Under the pieces are notes generated by a model that was not told the origin of the DNA, made no database searches, and saw only the letters and a list, made by a program, of their open reading frames with translations. 64,000 nt of DNA from Candidatus Poribacteria bacterium (GTDB lineage: Bacteria > Poribacteria > WGA-4E > JAJDTR01). How positions within the stretch are numbered: the stretch's first letter is position 1; each line of letters begins with the position of its first letter. A program made the translations under genes and the position numbers. The stretch spans positions 4,576,001 to 4,640,000 of the forward strand of contig CBDCTK010000002.1 in the NCBI GenBank assembly GCA_965222225.1. Direction: 5' to 3'. Below are positions 1 to 11,161 of this stretch, piece by piece.

Positions 1-834
1 TCCTATCATGCCGAGGTAGACACCGGCGTGGGGGAGCACGATCAAATCATGGATCTGCATGCGCGGGTCAAGCCCTTCCATAACAGGCTCTGTTTTTGAC
101 CATTTCAGAAAGCCCTCCGACTCGCTCCTTACCGCTTGCCGATGCCCCTGGTATCCGTAGCGGCCCGTGGTTTTCTCACCGCCCCAACTACGCGTGATAA
201 GCACATACTTCCCAAGATCTTCGTCCCACCACACGCTCGGGTGCGTGTCGCCAATATCTATGGGTCCGACATCGTGCTTGTTGCCCCAATGAATTCCATT
301 CGGGGAGAACCAAACCGCACTCTTTTGCCTTTCCGGTTTAACTGCCTTGTAACGCCTTTGCGGATCGGTTTCATGCGGATCTTTCATAACCGCTAAACGG
401 TAGTGTTCTATGACAATATTGTTCCTCTTGCTGCCGTTGAAGTCTATCAAACCCAAGTCAGGCTTTTCCCAATTAATCCCGTCCCGAGAAGTCGCATAGC
501 ACACGCCGGACCTACGTTTGCCCTCTGTCCAGTTGACCCATGCCCGTTTTTCGGACGGAATGCCCTCACCCGGGAGATCTCCTTTAGATTCGGACCTGGT
601 GAATATGCTATACCAGCACTTGAAAATCTTCTCCTCTTGGTCATAGATGGCACTACAGTAGGGATTGTCGTATCGGGGCTCCCACGGCTTGTCTTCCTTG
701 AAGAGCGGATTGTTCCTGTCTTTGTGCGCGACACCAACAGTCAGCTCCACGTTGTTTTCCTCTTCGATGATTCGCGAATCAAGAACGAGGTACCTGTCAC
801 GCGCTTTGGTGTTGTCACTTGCTGCACTGGCCAT
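1..834 (-). CDS. Partial CDS, probable five-bladed beta-propeller glycoside-hydrolase-like protein (runs off left edge)
   Basis: Manual translation of minus strand: MASAASDNTKARDRYLVLDSRIIEEENNVELTVGVAHKDRNNPLFKEDKPWEPRYDNPYCSAIYDQEEKIFKCWYS...; GGAAGGA RBS 6 nt upstream; NP(L/V)..D.PWE..Y pattern typical of this family. Confidence 0.6.
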   Translation of the reverse strand, partial: MASAASDNTKARDRYLVLDSRIIEEENNVELTVGVAHKDRNNPLFKEDKPWEPRYDNPYCSAIYDQEEKIFKCWYSIFTRSESKGDLPGEGIPSEKRAWVNWTEGKRRSGVCYATSRDGINWEKPDLGLIDFNGSKRNNIVIEHYRLAVMKDPHETDPQRRYKAVKPERQKSAVWFSPNGIHWGNKHDVGPIDIGDTHPSVWWDEDLGKYVLITRSWGGEKTTGRYGYQGHRQAVRSESEGFLKWSKTEPVMEGLDPRMQIHDLIVLPHAGVYLGMIG

Positions 835-945
835 GGTCATTCCTTCCATCGGGGTTGTATTGTCTCCTGACTATTACACGAATCACCACTGTCTCGGATT
901 CATGCTTGATTATCCCGCTGAATCGCAACTAGGTGTTGTCATCTA

Positions 946-2541
946 TCATCTCGGTTGCTCTGCCCGGTATCGATAGACTTGCAGGTTTTCTGTGGAATGG
1001 ATCACTTCGTAATCGGTGTCCAGACTATCTGTGATCTCCTGAACATCCAGGCCGTGAGTCCGCATAATATCATCACCGCAGGCGAAAGGATCCGATTTGT
1101 CCAGTTTCCATGCCACGATGTAATCAATCACGCCTGAATGTTGGGTGTTCCAATCGAAAGGGAAGTAGTTGAATTTGCATTCGTAATTGCTCAGACTAAT
1201 ACAGCCATTATTCACGCAGTAATAGTTGATGGCATGAGCAAACGGTTCCACAAATTCATCGTGGGTAAATGGCGGCGTGTCCTTGACGTTGGGAGAGGCA
1301 TTTGAGGCGATTCCCAAGACCACTTTGTTCTTTTCAATCAGCTCAATACCTGATGTATACTCTTTCATACTTTTGTCCAGAGGATAATAGTAGCGGCAGC
1401 TTATAGAAAGACGGGTAATGGAAAGGATAATCAAGACAACGACAATCCCGCGCTTGATATATTTGTGGTAATCCTCACTGAGAAACGCCAAAAGCATCGG
1501 GAAAATAAACAGATTCACCCGGTCGTTAATCCAACCGCCACTCGCCATCCCCCCGGGCATAATGAAGTAGAGAACGGTGAAAACGCCGAAAATCAGCAGG
1601 AACTGGTTGTCCTGGCTCATAATCCTTCTTTGGCGGATTCTTTTATATAAAGTGACTGCGAATAACAGCCCCAGCATAATCGCCATAATGCGTGTGGGGA
1701 TCAGGTGAGCGTCGGTAAAAGACATCAACGACTTGGTGCTGAGAAAATAATCCCACGCTTTCCAGTCGCCGAAACGCTCCCATCTCAGGTCCAATTGTCC
1801 ATTGTCTGCAACGACGTTTGTGAGTAGATAATTTGCCATGATGAAGTAGAGCGGCAGCATACAGAGCAGAAGTGCCATAACCCGTTTTGGTCTGCGATAA
1901 AAAGATGTGATAGACAGGAGAGTTAGCGAAAGCATGAGAAGGAGATAAGAGAGGATGTGACTGAAGTAGATCAGGATGCACAACAGATTGAGAATCGCTA
2001 TCTTATTCAGGCTCATATCTTCTTTGTGCTTTATGAAATAGCCCAACGCGAAGAAAAACAGTGGCACAGAAAGGGCAAAGCTGTAGAATCCCATGTGGAG
2101 CAGGTAGTGATCGCTGAACAGAAATCCCAAATAACCGTATAGATTCTTACCCTCGTGTACCGCGCCAAGAAAATAGAAAAGTGACAATGGTAACAAGCCG
2201 ATGATTGCGCTCAAAAGGATTTTTTCCGCTATTAGAGGAGGGAAAATCTTCATCAGCAGCGACATGCAGATGTGTGCGAGCCAGTTGGGGAACAGCGTAA
2301 GATTAAGTTTGTAATATTCCCGCAAGCGAGTTGAATCCTCATCATGGAATACACTCAACACATACGAATTATAGACGTGGGCTGGCCCGTCCTGGGTTGG
2401 GAAGTACTTAAATACCCACAGCGGCGAGATATGCAGGATGATGAGCAAAGAGATAAGAATTCTTTTTCTTCGTACCGAGAGGTCTGTCTCCTTCCAACGT
2501 CCAAGAAGAGATTGCAGACTTGATACTGCTGATTTTAACAT
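946..2541 (-). CDS. Polytopic membrane protein, probable GT-C fold glycosyltransferase-like
   Basis: 531 aa; N-terminal TM followed by PTQDGPAH loop, many TM helices, soluble C-terminal domain. Confidence 0.6.
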   Translation of the reverse strand: MLKSAVSSLQSLLGRWKETDLSVRRKRILISLLIILHISPLWVFKYFPTQDGPAHVYNSYVLSVFHDEDSTRLREYYKLNLTLFPNWLAHICMSLLMKIFPPLIAEKILLSAIIGLLPLSLFYFLGAVHEGKNLYGYLGFLFSDHYLLHMGFYSFALSVPLFFFALGYFIKHKEDMSLNKIAILNLLCILIYFSHILSYLLLMLSLTLLSITSFYRRPKRVMALLLCMLPLYFIMANYLLTNVVADNGQLDLRWERFGDWKAWDYFLSTKSLMSFTDAHLIPTRIMAIMLGLLFAVTLYKRIRQRRIMSQDNQFLLIFGVFTVLYFIMPGGMASGGWINDRVNLFIFPMLLAFLSEDYHKYIKRGIVVVLIILSITRLSISCRYYYPLDKSMKEYTSGIELIEKNKVVLGIASNASPNVKDTPPFTHDEFVEPFAHAINYYCVNNGCISLSNYECKFNYFPFDWNTQHSGVIDYIVAWKLDKSDPFACGDDIMRTHGLDVQEITDSLDTDYEVIHSTENLQVYRYRAEQPR

Positions 2542-2671
2542 TCGTGCATTTCCTTAATTGCTCAAATATATACGAACCTTTCGGTTGGCAAAGTAGAACG
2601 TGCCGCTGGCTTTGTTCAGAATGTGCTAAAAGCACCTTTCGTGGCGATACAGTATTAGATTGAATTAGCCA

Positions 2672-2743
2672 AAGTTGCCACTTTTGTAGCACGATTTGTC
2701 AGATTGTACATGTGATGCGCAAACTGACAGTTTGCGCTACGAA
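2672..2743 (-). repeat. GTAG-type REP doublet (inverted copy of 7880..7952)
   Basis: Palindrome GCGCAAACTGACAGTTTGCGCTAC; reverse complement aligns with 7880..7952. Confidence 0.8.
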
Positions 2744-2860
2744 TCATATCTTCTTGTCCAATCACTGCCTAGGTTGGGGACATCTGACACACTCCTAGAG
2801 AATTAATTCGTTGCTCTCAAATAGTCTTGTCCCGACAGTAAGGAACACAAGGGGGAAAGC

Positions 2861-4268
2861 TTATTGATGCACCTCGAATATGCTGTAGCCGTATGGCGGG
2901 AGCGGCAACTCCAGCGTTTTCTCCACCTTTTGATGTTTCCCGCTAAAGATATCGACCAACTCCGTCTCCCAATCGAGATAAACCTCTATCATCGCATCTT
3001 CGCTCTGGAAGTTAAGCACTACGAGCAGCATCTCATTATCTGTAGTTGATGCGCGAAGGAATGCGTAGTATCGACCATCGTTGTTCGTAGGCAACCGGCC
3101 TCTGGAACCCTTGGCGCAAAGTGTCGGATACTTCTGCCTTGCCTTCATAATCTCTCTGTGCTGTGATAGGAACCACGTCGACCACATAGGCTCATAGATT
3201 CGGTCGCTGGCTACGAACAACTCACCGACTGTCGCCAGCGCCACCACTTCCAACAGCATCTGCGCCGGAGAAAGGTTTCCCGTCGTGTCTCCCATCACCC
3301 GCAACGCGGGGCCGCCCCCATCGCCCGAGCCCCATGACCCTCTCACCCTAGCCCAGGTTATCCCACCGGCTTTGACGACGCGATCCCCGTACAACCGCAG
3401 TTTAATCTCAATTCCGGTGGGATTGCCGCTTTCTAAGGCTATCCTGATGGCTTGCTCCCAGCGCCGACCTGTGGCGATTCCGTAGTCCTGTACGCTGTCA
3501 TAGTGCCCGTCGGTAATCCATGAGACCGGGTCACTGCGGATTCCGGCTCCCTCGGGAAGTACAAACGTATTTGGATATTCGTGAACCACGTCGGTAATCG
3601 TGCGGTTGTTCACTTTCCAAGTACAGTTGGTGTATTCGGGCACGGCGTCAACCATTATGCCGTCTATCCCTCTCTCCATCCAAAAGCGAACAACCTTCCG
3701 GCATTCCTCCTGCCACGATTCCTCTCCATAATTGAACTGAGGCAAATCCCCATCGCCGGACTTGCCGAACCATCTGACCCAAAAGTATTTCCCTGCTCTC
3801 TCGCTGAACCGCCAACTGCCCTCGACATCATTCAGGAAGAAAGGCAATTGGCTTCGATCCAGTTCGGCAGACTTGGTGTCACTCCACACGAACCAGCGAG
3901 ACTCCGGGCTCTCCACGCCGGCTTTCACATCGTCACAGGCATGTATAAAGGGAGGAAACTCCATGGCGGCGTAGCCGAGGTTGAGAAAAGCAATGACGGC
4001 AATGTCTCTGTCGTGACACGCCGTAACGAGTTCATCAAAGTCATCTAATGGATCCAAGGGCGGGATCGACGGCATAGTAGTCGAGGACATCCAGTCCTGA
4101 ATACTGGACGCCTCCATGGTACGGGATCCCCATGCAAATAGCGTTAAAGCCCCACTCGTTGACCTCGTCGACCATTCCGATGATCTTTTTGAGCGTTCGG
4201 CCCTTGTGTTTGGGACTGGTAAAATGCATTAGTGTAGCGTTTTCCCACCAACGAGGTTTCAAACTCAT
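2861..4268 (-). pseudogene. GH13 alpha-amylase family glycoside hydrolase, split by a single frameshift near 4047
   Basis: ORF 4041..4268 ends ...GLDVLDYYAVDPALGSI and continues in another frame as DDFDELVTACHDRDIAVIAFLNLG...GIDGIMVDAV; one extra base in TCC ATT A GAT GAC. Confidence 0.8.
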
Positions 4269-4399
4269 ATGCGTACTGCCTTCCTAACGGGTATTCAAAT
4301 GTGCGCTGTTCGTGGATTCCCCAAACGAATCCTCGTATCGGGATTCATAACGTGGCACTCAGTAGACATTGTTCTCTTCGCATTGGCGTTTTGCTTTAC

Positions 4400-4820
4400 G
4401 GGCAAAAGTGCCAAAAAATTCTCCCGCGCTGTTTCCATTGGTAACAATCAGGAATTCCTCTCTGGTGAAAAGGTTGAACAGGCGATTGCCGACAGCTTCC
4501 GAAGGCTTATCCAAAATGCGATTATCTGCTGGAACTATCTGTATCTCCCTCAGAAGATTACCGAAGCCGAGGGCGAAGAAAAGCGAAAGGAATTACTCAC
4601 AGCGGTCCGGAATGGCTCCATGGCGGCGTGGGGCACGTCAATCCGCATGGCGCGTATGATTTCTCAGATGAAAAACTATCGGATTCGGTCGGATGATACG
4701 CACCTAAGATCCTGGCAAGAAAGACGTATTCTAGGGGAGGATGTGTGGCCAAATAGCAGGTTCTAAGGGGTGGGTCAAAATCCTATGGCAGTTTTCGTGC
4801 ATTTGTTTAACTTGACCGAA
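4400..4820 (+). mobile_element. Tn3-family transposase C-terminal remnant with degenerate terminal inverted repeat
   Basis: Translation ...RLIQNAIICWNYLYL...AAWG then HVNPHGAYDFSDEKL in a shifted frame, typical of Tn3 TnpA C-termini; reverse complement of 4783..4818 CGGTCAAGTTAAACAAATGCACGAAAACTGCCATAG resembles the Tn3 IR (GGGGTC...ACGAAAA...TAAG). Confidence 0.75.
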
Positions 4821-4978
4821 CATTGTCTGGAGTGATTCATTGAGTCGTCATACTTACACTCAACGACGAAATCCATTTCTTCCACCTGGCGTTTTGCGGG
4901 ATTTGAGGTAATCGCTTTTTCGTCGTCACAGGGAAAGAAAAAGGAAGGGCAATTGTCCTTCCTTGTTTTGAGAGACTA

Positions 4979-5797
4979 TCAATCCCCTTTGATGCTGCCC
5001 CAGGTTGTGGAGAGTTTACCGGCAGGTTCAACGGCGAGCAAGTGCATCTCTTCGGTAACCCAGATATTGATGAACTCTGAACACACGGCTCCTCTGTCAC
5101 CCATGTCCTCTATTTTTGATTGACTGATGATGGCTAAGTAACCATTCGTCTTCGTGTTGTGAAGAACTACGGGGTCAACAAAGTTTCCCCTCTCTGCGAA
5201 TATCTCGGCAGCTTCCCAGGGAGCTACAAGGGCATTCAGATTAACAGGTCTGTTGGAAAGATACTTGTCCCCAAGACTCGGCATGAACTTTTTACCCGCA
5301 GCCGTCGCCTTCATTAAGGTAGCATCTCGCCCCACGATAATGTTCTCCGCAAGGTCCAGAATGTTTGCGGCGCCGGCATCCATGTTTCTTTCTTTTTCCC
5401 CGTTCTCGTGGGTTGCCCAGGCAAACCAGTCGGCGACGTTGATAAACATGTTGCCGTCGTCGAGCCATTTTTCAGCGCGAGAGCCGTCCGGCTTCTTGTT
5501 CAAGGTAGGATATAAGGTACTCGGTATCTGCCCGTTTAGCCAGATGATATCGAGATGCCCATCACCCGTGTTCGCATCTGCCCATCGCCCAAATGCATTA
5601 AGATCTTTGTCATCGAACTTCTGGATATCGTCGAACAAAGTTCCGGTATTCTTGATCATCTTCTCAACGTCATTGGTCATCGTTTTCTGATCATACGTGC
5701 CCGGTTGAAACCCCCCGACGTAGAACGCGATGTCGGAAGCTATAGCGATTGGTCCAAAAGCAAATACAATGATGACTGCCGACAATAGTTTTTCCAT
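4979..5797 (-). CDS. Secreted hypothetical protein with C-terminal AVEPAGKLSTTWGSIK motif (paralog of 6170..7063)
   Basis: Signal peptide MEKLLSAVIIVFAFGPIAIA-SD; shares DIIWLNGQIPS and WLDDGNMFINVADWFAWATHENGEKERN with neighbour. Confidence 0.8.
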   Translation of the reverse strand: MEKLLSAVIIVFAFGPIAIASDIAFYVGGFQPGTYDQKTMTNDVEKMIKNTGTLFDDIQKFDDKDLNAFGRWADANTGDGHLDIIWLNGQIPSTLYPTLNKKPDGSRAEKWLDDGNMFINVADWFAWATHENGEKERNMDAGAANILDLAENIIVGRDATLMKATAAGKKFMPSLGDKYLSNRPVNLNALVAPWEAAEIFAERGNFVDPVVLHNTKTNGYLAIISQSKIEDMGDRGAVCSEFINIWVTEEMHLLAVEPAGKLSTTWGSIKGD

Positions 5798-5916
5798 TTT
5801 ATTCACCGTCCTGATTCGACTGTGGCGAAACTCTGTTGAAACCGGAACTAAGTGATTCATTCGCAAAGTAAATAATGCTTACGAGACTGGCACAAGAAAC
5901 CCGTTCTACCACGCCG

Positions 5917-5943
5917 GTCGGTGCGGTTTCTAACCGCACCGAC
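5917..5943. repeat. REP-like perfect hairpin / possible terminator
   Basis: GTCGGTGCGGTT-TCT-AACCGCACCGAC, 12-bp perfect stem. Confidence 0.7.
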
Positions 5944-6169
5944 AACCGACGCTTAATCATATTTTCTTAGAAAGTAAACCGCTAAGTCTACGCTAACGCA
6001 GGAATTAAGCATAAGCGGGGATTAACACCAAAAACCGGATCACATTGCTGATACGGCATCTGCAGCGATTCCGGATTCGGTCCGCTCAATTACGCTTAAT
6101 TCCTCGTCAGTATTGGGTTTAACTCGATTTTGGCGATTAATTTGACAAAGTAAAACTAACTTGTGGTGT

Positions 6170-7063
6170 TTAGTACCTTGTCTTTATCTCGCCCCAGGTT
6201 GCAGAGAGTTTATCAGCAGGGTCAACAGAAGTGGTGAGCCCTCCTCCAAAAACCCAGTTATTGATGAACTCCGAACACATGGCACCTCTGTCACCCGCGT
6301 TACCTATTTTTGATTGACTTATGATAGCTAAGCAACCATTTGTCTCCGTGTTGCAAGCAACTACGGGGTCAGCCAGAACCCCCGCAGGTAGAACCATATC
6401 CTGTACATCGCCTACGTCGGCAACGCCTTCACTCGCACTCACGGCGAATACTTCGGTAACTTCCCAAGGAGGTGTAAAGGCTTCAAGATAGACAGGTCTG
6501 TTGGACAGGAGATTATCGTCAAGACTCGGCATATACTCCCTACCTGCAGCCGTCCTCGACATCACGGTGTCAGCTGCCCCCAGGATAATCGTGTGGTCCT
6601 GGTCTAGTATGAAACCTGCGGCAACATGGGTGTTTCTTTCTTTTTCCCCGTTTTCATGGGTTGCCCAAGCGAACCAGTCGGCGACGTTGATAAACATGTT
6701 TCCGTCGTCGAGCCATCTTTCAGCGACCGAGCCATCCTCCTCCTCGTTAAAGGTTGGATACAAGCTACTCGGTATCTGTCCGTTGAGCCAGATAATGTCG
6801 AGATCGCCGTCACCGATATTTGCCTCTGCCCATTCCCCAAGTCCATCAATATCCCCATCATCAAACGACTGGACATCGTTGAACCTGCCTGCAGTTTCCT
6901 GCATCATCGTTTCAACGTCAAAGGCCATTGTTTCGTCGTCATACGAGCCCCCCTGAAACTCCCCGACGTAGTAGGCTATATCGGAAGCGATAGCCATCGT
7001 ACCAAATGCGAAGACCAAGACGACCGTCATAATAAGGCAAGTAAGAGCCTTTTTGGTGTACAT
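6170..7063 (-). CDS. Secreted acidic hypothetical protein with C-terminal SVDPADKLSATWGEIK motif
   Basis: 297 aa, signal peptide, AGGAGG RBS upstream, tandem paralog of 4979..5797. Confidence 0.85.
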   Translation of the reverse strand: MYTKKALTCLIMTVVLVFAFGTMAIASDIAYYVGEFQGGSYDDETMAFDVETMMQETAGRFNDVQSFDDGDIDGLGEWAEANIGDGDLDIIWLNGQIPSSLYPTFNEEEDGSVAERWLDDGNMFINVADWFAWATHENGEKERNTHVAAGFILDQDHTIILGAADTVMSRTAAGREYMPSLDDNLLSNRPVYLEAFTPPWEVTEVFAVSASEGVADVGDVQDMVLPAGVLADPVVACNTETNGCLAIISQSKIGNAGDRGAMCSEFINNWVFGGGLTTSVDPADKLSATWGEIKTRY

Positions 7064-7690
7064 TACTGTTTTCCTCCTATATCTTCAGAACTTTCTCAGA
7101 AAATCTGGAAAGCGTTATTGAGTTGAGTATTGCAGCGATTTCTGCTTTACTCTTTTGACAGTTTCGTAGCCAACTGCTGTAATAGTCTATTATGGATGCG
7201 TATATCTGTCAATAAAAAAATGCACGCTGTTTCCCCATAAACGTGCACCTTAAATCCTTCATACCCGGTAACCACGCGGGTTTCAGCACTCACAATACAG
7301 ATAAAACTCATAGAACTCCTAAATCCGCCCTGTTGCCCCATGTAATTATGAAGGAAACTCGACAGTCCAAACGACGATAGCCGTTGTCTAGGTAAACTCT
7401 AATTTTTCTCAGGCTGGGTTCATCACTAGCAGACAGGCCCTATACTCCGTTACCTTGGACGTCAATGCAGAACGCATTATCACCATTATCAATCCCTTTG
7501 TCCAATCACTGATGGCCAACGCCTTCGATTCCTGAATCGCTATCTGATTCATGATTCGTCTCCCCGGCTTTCAACGGATCACTGACCACTTGTTATCTCT
7601 AAATACCGATAAGTGGGATCATACTAATACCTTGTCTCTAAATTTTCAGTGCATAAATAGCGTCAATCATGTGGTGTCAAGGCGGGGCAA

Positions 7691-7728
7691 GGGAATCTCT
7701 ATCGCCCTCGCTGTCCGCTCGCTTGATC
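7691..7728 (-). repeat. 38-nt hypervariable insertion unit, copy A (inside a GTAG REP)
   Basis: Minus strand GATCAA GC GA GC G GAC A GC GA GG GCGATAG AGATT CCC, between GTAGGCGGA and TTGCCCCGCC. Confidence 0.9.
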
Positions 7729-7800
7729 TCCGCCTACGGAGAAAGAGAATGATAGGATTAAAGCATCACATTCACTGTTATTCAAGCGAACTGGTAAAAG

Positions 7801-7958
7801 TAACCCAAGTTGCCACTTACAAGATTTTAGGCGTGTAGACACTGTTCTTAATTGAGAATTATTCATTATTCACGGATATTTCGTAGCGCAAACTGTCAGT
7901 TCGCGCACTCACAGGCACAATCTAACAGATCGTGCTACAAAGGTGACAACTTAGGTTA
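7801..7958. mobile_element. MITE-like element with TAACCCAAGTTGC-type terminal inverted repeats carrying an internal REP doublet
   Basis: Left TAACCCAAGTTGCCAC, right GTGACAACTTAGGTTA; similar ends at 51231..51337. Confidence 0.6.
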
Positions 7959-8308
7959 AGTAAGAATGCCGAATATAGAGCCGATTCCTTTGACGCTTTT
8001 CAATTGCAAACCTATACAAATATGTGGCAATATATAGGTATTGCCAATAGGTGGAAAATTTAACTATGGATAAACGCAAGCGATTTACGCTCAAGCAACT
8101 CGACACAGGGGCATCACCGCAAATTACGGGGAACTATCGGAGACTTCATGGACGCTCGGTCGTCCAATGGACGTCATAATTCGTTAATTGAGGATGATTT
8201 GCCACGCTTCGAAGACCGACACCGTCAAGCCATCGAGTTTCTCCACAGACATTTCGTGTTCAAGGCTGGCTATATTCACTTTTGACACGAATCTCCATCT
8301 GAGGTCTT

Positions 8309-9181
8309 ATGACATATCAGGAAATCAAAGAATCTTACGAGCAGAACGGTTACGTTGCCGTTGAAAACATCATTGATGAATCCGAACTGGATCCCATGCG
8401 GAATTTCATCAAGGCTAGGGTAGACGAATATGCCAGTGAACAGTACGCGGATGGCAAACTTTCGTCGCTTTATGAGGAGGAATCCTTCACCCGCCGTTAT
8501 GCCGCTATCAGTGAAGAGCAGGGACTTGTGCCTCGCGGATGGTCCTTGGGCTCCTTTGGCCGCGAATTCTTCAATCTTTACAACCTGCCGGGGATCCTTC
8601 ACGTGGTTGGCCTTCTCCTTGGACCTGAGGTCTCGAATATTGGGGGACCAGCGCTACGGACAAAACTACCCGGCAGCGTAATTACATCGTTTCCATGGCA
8701 CCAAGACAGTCAGTATGTCGACCAGTCCACAATCGGGAAGAAGGAGAGGCGCACGGAACATCTGCATATGGTCACCGTATGGGTGCCGCTTGTGGAGGCG
8801 ACGGTCGAAAACGGCTGCTGCTGGGTCATTCCGGGGAGTCACCGCTGGGGCTTGCTTGACGGTGCGCGCGGCGAGGACTCAAACGTCCAAATGGAGGAGG
8901 ATGTGGAGGCGCGTGGCATCCCCGTTCCGGTTCCGCTCAAAACAGGAGGCGCCATATTTTTCTCGAACCTGTGCGTGCATTGCAGCAAACTGAATTCCAC
9001 GAAGGACTCTCGATGGAGCATCGACTTTCGATATTTTCCCACGCCGGATCGAGCAGACCTGAACCCGGAACAATGGAAAGCGGCTGACTTCGTGAAAAAC
9101 AAGACGCGGCCGCTCGTTGTGCTTTCCAAGGGGCCTAAAACCAGCTTTGAGGAATGGGAAGCAGTGCATCGCAGAAAGTAA
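8309..9181 (+). CDS. Phytanoyl-CoA dioxygenase (PhyH) family Fe(II)/2-oxoglutarate dioxygenase
   Basis: PWHQD, WVPLVEATVENGC, PGSH, distal H and R motifs. Confidence 0.9.
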   Translation: MTYQEIKESYEQNGYVAVENIIDESELDPMRNFIKARVDEYASEQYADGKLSSLYEEESFTRRYAAISEEQGLVPRGWSLGSFGREFFNLYNLPGILHVVGLLLGPEVSNIGGPALRTKLPGSVITSFPWHQDSQYVDQSTIGKKERRTEHLHMVTVWVPLVEATVENGCCWVIPGSHRWGLLDGARGEDSNVQMEEDVEARGIPVPVPLKTGGAIFFSNLCVHCSKLNSTKDSRWSIDFRYFPTPDRADLNPEQWKAADFVKNKTRPLVVLSKGPKTSFEEWEAVHRRK

Positions 9182-9336
9182 CCTCAGTATGAGAGTTGTG
9201 TGCCTGCTCGTGCTGATGGTATGTGAGAATTTCACCAAATAGAAACAACGACAGATGAATTTGAGTTCCACGGCAGGCACTCCACGCCCGAAGCTAATCA
9301 CACCTACTCTTGACACGAGCCACCATCTCAAATATT

Positions 9337-10209
9337 ATGACAGATCAAGATGTCAAAGAATCGTACGAACAGAACGGATTCGTTGTCGTTGAAAATATTA
9401 TTGATGAATCCGATCTAGATCCCATGCGAGGTTTCATCAAGGCTAGGGTAGACGCATATGCCCATGAACAATACGCCGAGGGTAAACTTTCGTCTCTCTA
9501 TGAACACGAGCCCTTCACGCGTCGCTATGCAGCTATTTGCGAGGACCAAAGAATTGAGCCGCGCGGTTGGGGGCATGGCATTTTCGGTCGAGAATTCTAC
9601 GATCTCTATTCCCTCCCCAGCGTCATTCGCGTCATCAATCTCTTCTTGGGCTCTGAAGTCTCGAGCGACGGGCGCCCGGGCCTGAGGACAAAACTCCCCG
9701 ACAGCGAGATAACGTCGTTTCCGTGGCACCAGGACAGTCAATACTACGACCAGCCGACAATCGGGAAAAAAGAGCGGCATACTGAACCTCTGCACGTGGT
9801 CAGCGTGTGGCTGCCGCTCGTGGAGGCAACGGTCGAAAACGGCTGCCTTTGGTTCATTCCGGGGAGTCACCGCTGGGGCTTGCTTGACGGCGCGCGCCGC
9901 GAGGACTCAAACGTCCGGATGGAGGAGGATGTGGAGGTACGGGGCACACCCGTTCCGGTTTCCCTCAAAACAGGAGGCGCCATATTTTTCTCGAATCTGT
10001 GCGTACATTGCAGTAAACTGAACACCACGAAGGACGTTCGATGGAGCATCGACTTCCGCTATTTTCCCACGCCGCATCGCGCAGACCTGAACCCTGAACA
10101 ACGAAAGGCGACTGACTACATGAAAAACAGGACGTGGCCACTCGTCGTGCTTTCCAAGGGACCTAAAACCAGCTTTGAAGCATGGGAAGCGGAGTACCAC
10201 AGGAAGTAA
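9337..10209 (+). CDS. PhyH family dioxygenase, tandem duplicate of 8309..9181
   Basis: Same motifs; ATG at 9337 gives the same length as the paralog. Confidence 0.9.
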   Translation: MTDQDVKESYEQNGFVVVENIIDESDLDPMRGFIKARVDAYAHEQYAEGKLSSLYEHEPFTRRYAAICEDQRIEPRGWGHGIFGREFYDLYSLPSVIRVINLFLGSEVSSDGRPGLRTKLPDSEITSFPWHQDSQYYDQPTIGKKERHTEPLHVVSVWLPLVEATVENGCLWFIPGSHRWGLLDGARREDSNVRMEEDVEVRGTPVPVSLKTGGAIFFSNLCVHCSKLNTTKDVRWSIDFRYFPTPHRADLNPEQRKATDYMKNRTWPLVVLSKGPKTSFEAWEAEYHRK

Positions 10210-10324
10210 CCGCATTCCGACGGTGATGCATCCACGACTGTTAAGCGTTCGCGTAGGCTTGGACAAGGGAAGCTACAACCAAGAAACGTGGCGGTGGGTG
10301 CAGTTGTAATCTTGAGGTGTCGTT

Positions 10325-11161
10325 ATGGATGATTGTGAACGTTATCTTTTTGACCTAAGCGGTTTTCTGCATATCCCCGGTCTGCTATCGGCGACCGAAG
10401 CGCAACGGCTCTATGAAGCGGCGGTAGAGCTTGAGGAACATGCGCTTGCCTGCCAACACGATTCTCCCAAATGGCGCGCGGTTTGGGGACCCGAGTATTG
10501 GCAGAATCAACAATATGCCTATTTTGCGCAAATGGGCGGTCCCGCCGCCGCCAAGACGCTGATGATTGAGGATTTCTGGCTGTATCCCGAAGCGTTCGAC
10601 ATGCTAATTGGTCACGATCGCACCATGTCGTATGTGCGGCGCATCATCCAGAACGCTATCAGCATCAACAACTCTGAATTGAGGATAAGGTACACCAACA
10701 ACGCAAGTGGAATGCACATGGGTCATCCACATGGACGGGGGCAGAAATACCGTTACGAGGTCATTGATGGCGAGATTCAATCTACAATGGTTCGGATGAT
10801 TTATTTCCTACACGACGTTTCCATGGACGAAGGCCCCACCTGCTTCGTTCCCGGATCGCATCGTAACGAATTTCCCGTACCGGTTAACACTGCGTCCGTG
10901 GAGGATGAGCCGGGGGTTGTCGGGATACCTGTCAAAGCGGGTGACGGTATACTGTTTACGGAGGCCTGCCGGCACGGCGGGTTTGCCAACCGCACTGAAA
11001 AGACACGCTACACGTTGCACGTCGGCTACGGTCCGCACTTCCTGAAATCGCAGAACATTTCGACCATGGATGAGCCGGTGCATGTCACGGATGAACTGCT
11101 CGGTCGATTGTCCGATACCCAGCGGCAACTGCTTGTGCCCACCGAACGAATTGCTCTTTAA
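10325..11161 (+). CDS. PhyH family dioxygenase
   Basis: YLFDLSGF N-terminus, GMHMG, PGSH, EACRHG. Confidence 0.85.
   Translation: MDDCERYLFDLSGFLHIPGLLSATEAQRLYEAAVELEEHALACQHDSPKWRAVWGPEYWQNQQYAYFAQMGGPAAAKTLMIEDFWLYPEAFDMLIGHDRTMSYVRRIIQNAISINNSELRIRYTNNASGMHMGHPHGRGQKYRYEVIDGEIQSTMVRMIYFLHDVSMDEGPTCFVPGSHRNEFPVPVNTASVEDEPGVVGIPVKAGDGILFTEACRHGGFANRTEKTRYTLHVGYGPHFLKSQNISTMDEPVHVTDELLGRLSDTQRQLLVPTERIAL

Noticed and set aside
7147-7440. Possible decayed PIN-toxin gene on the minus strand (RVYLDN..., ACIFLLTD)
   Set aside because: Fragments are too short and lie in different frames; not supportable.
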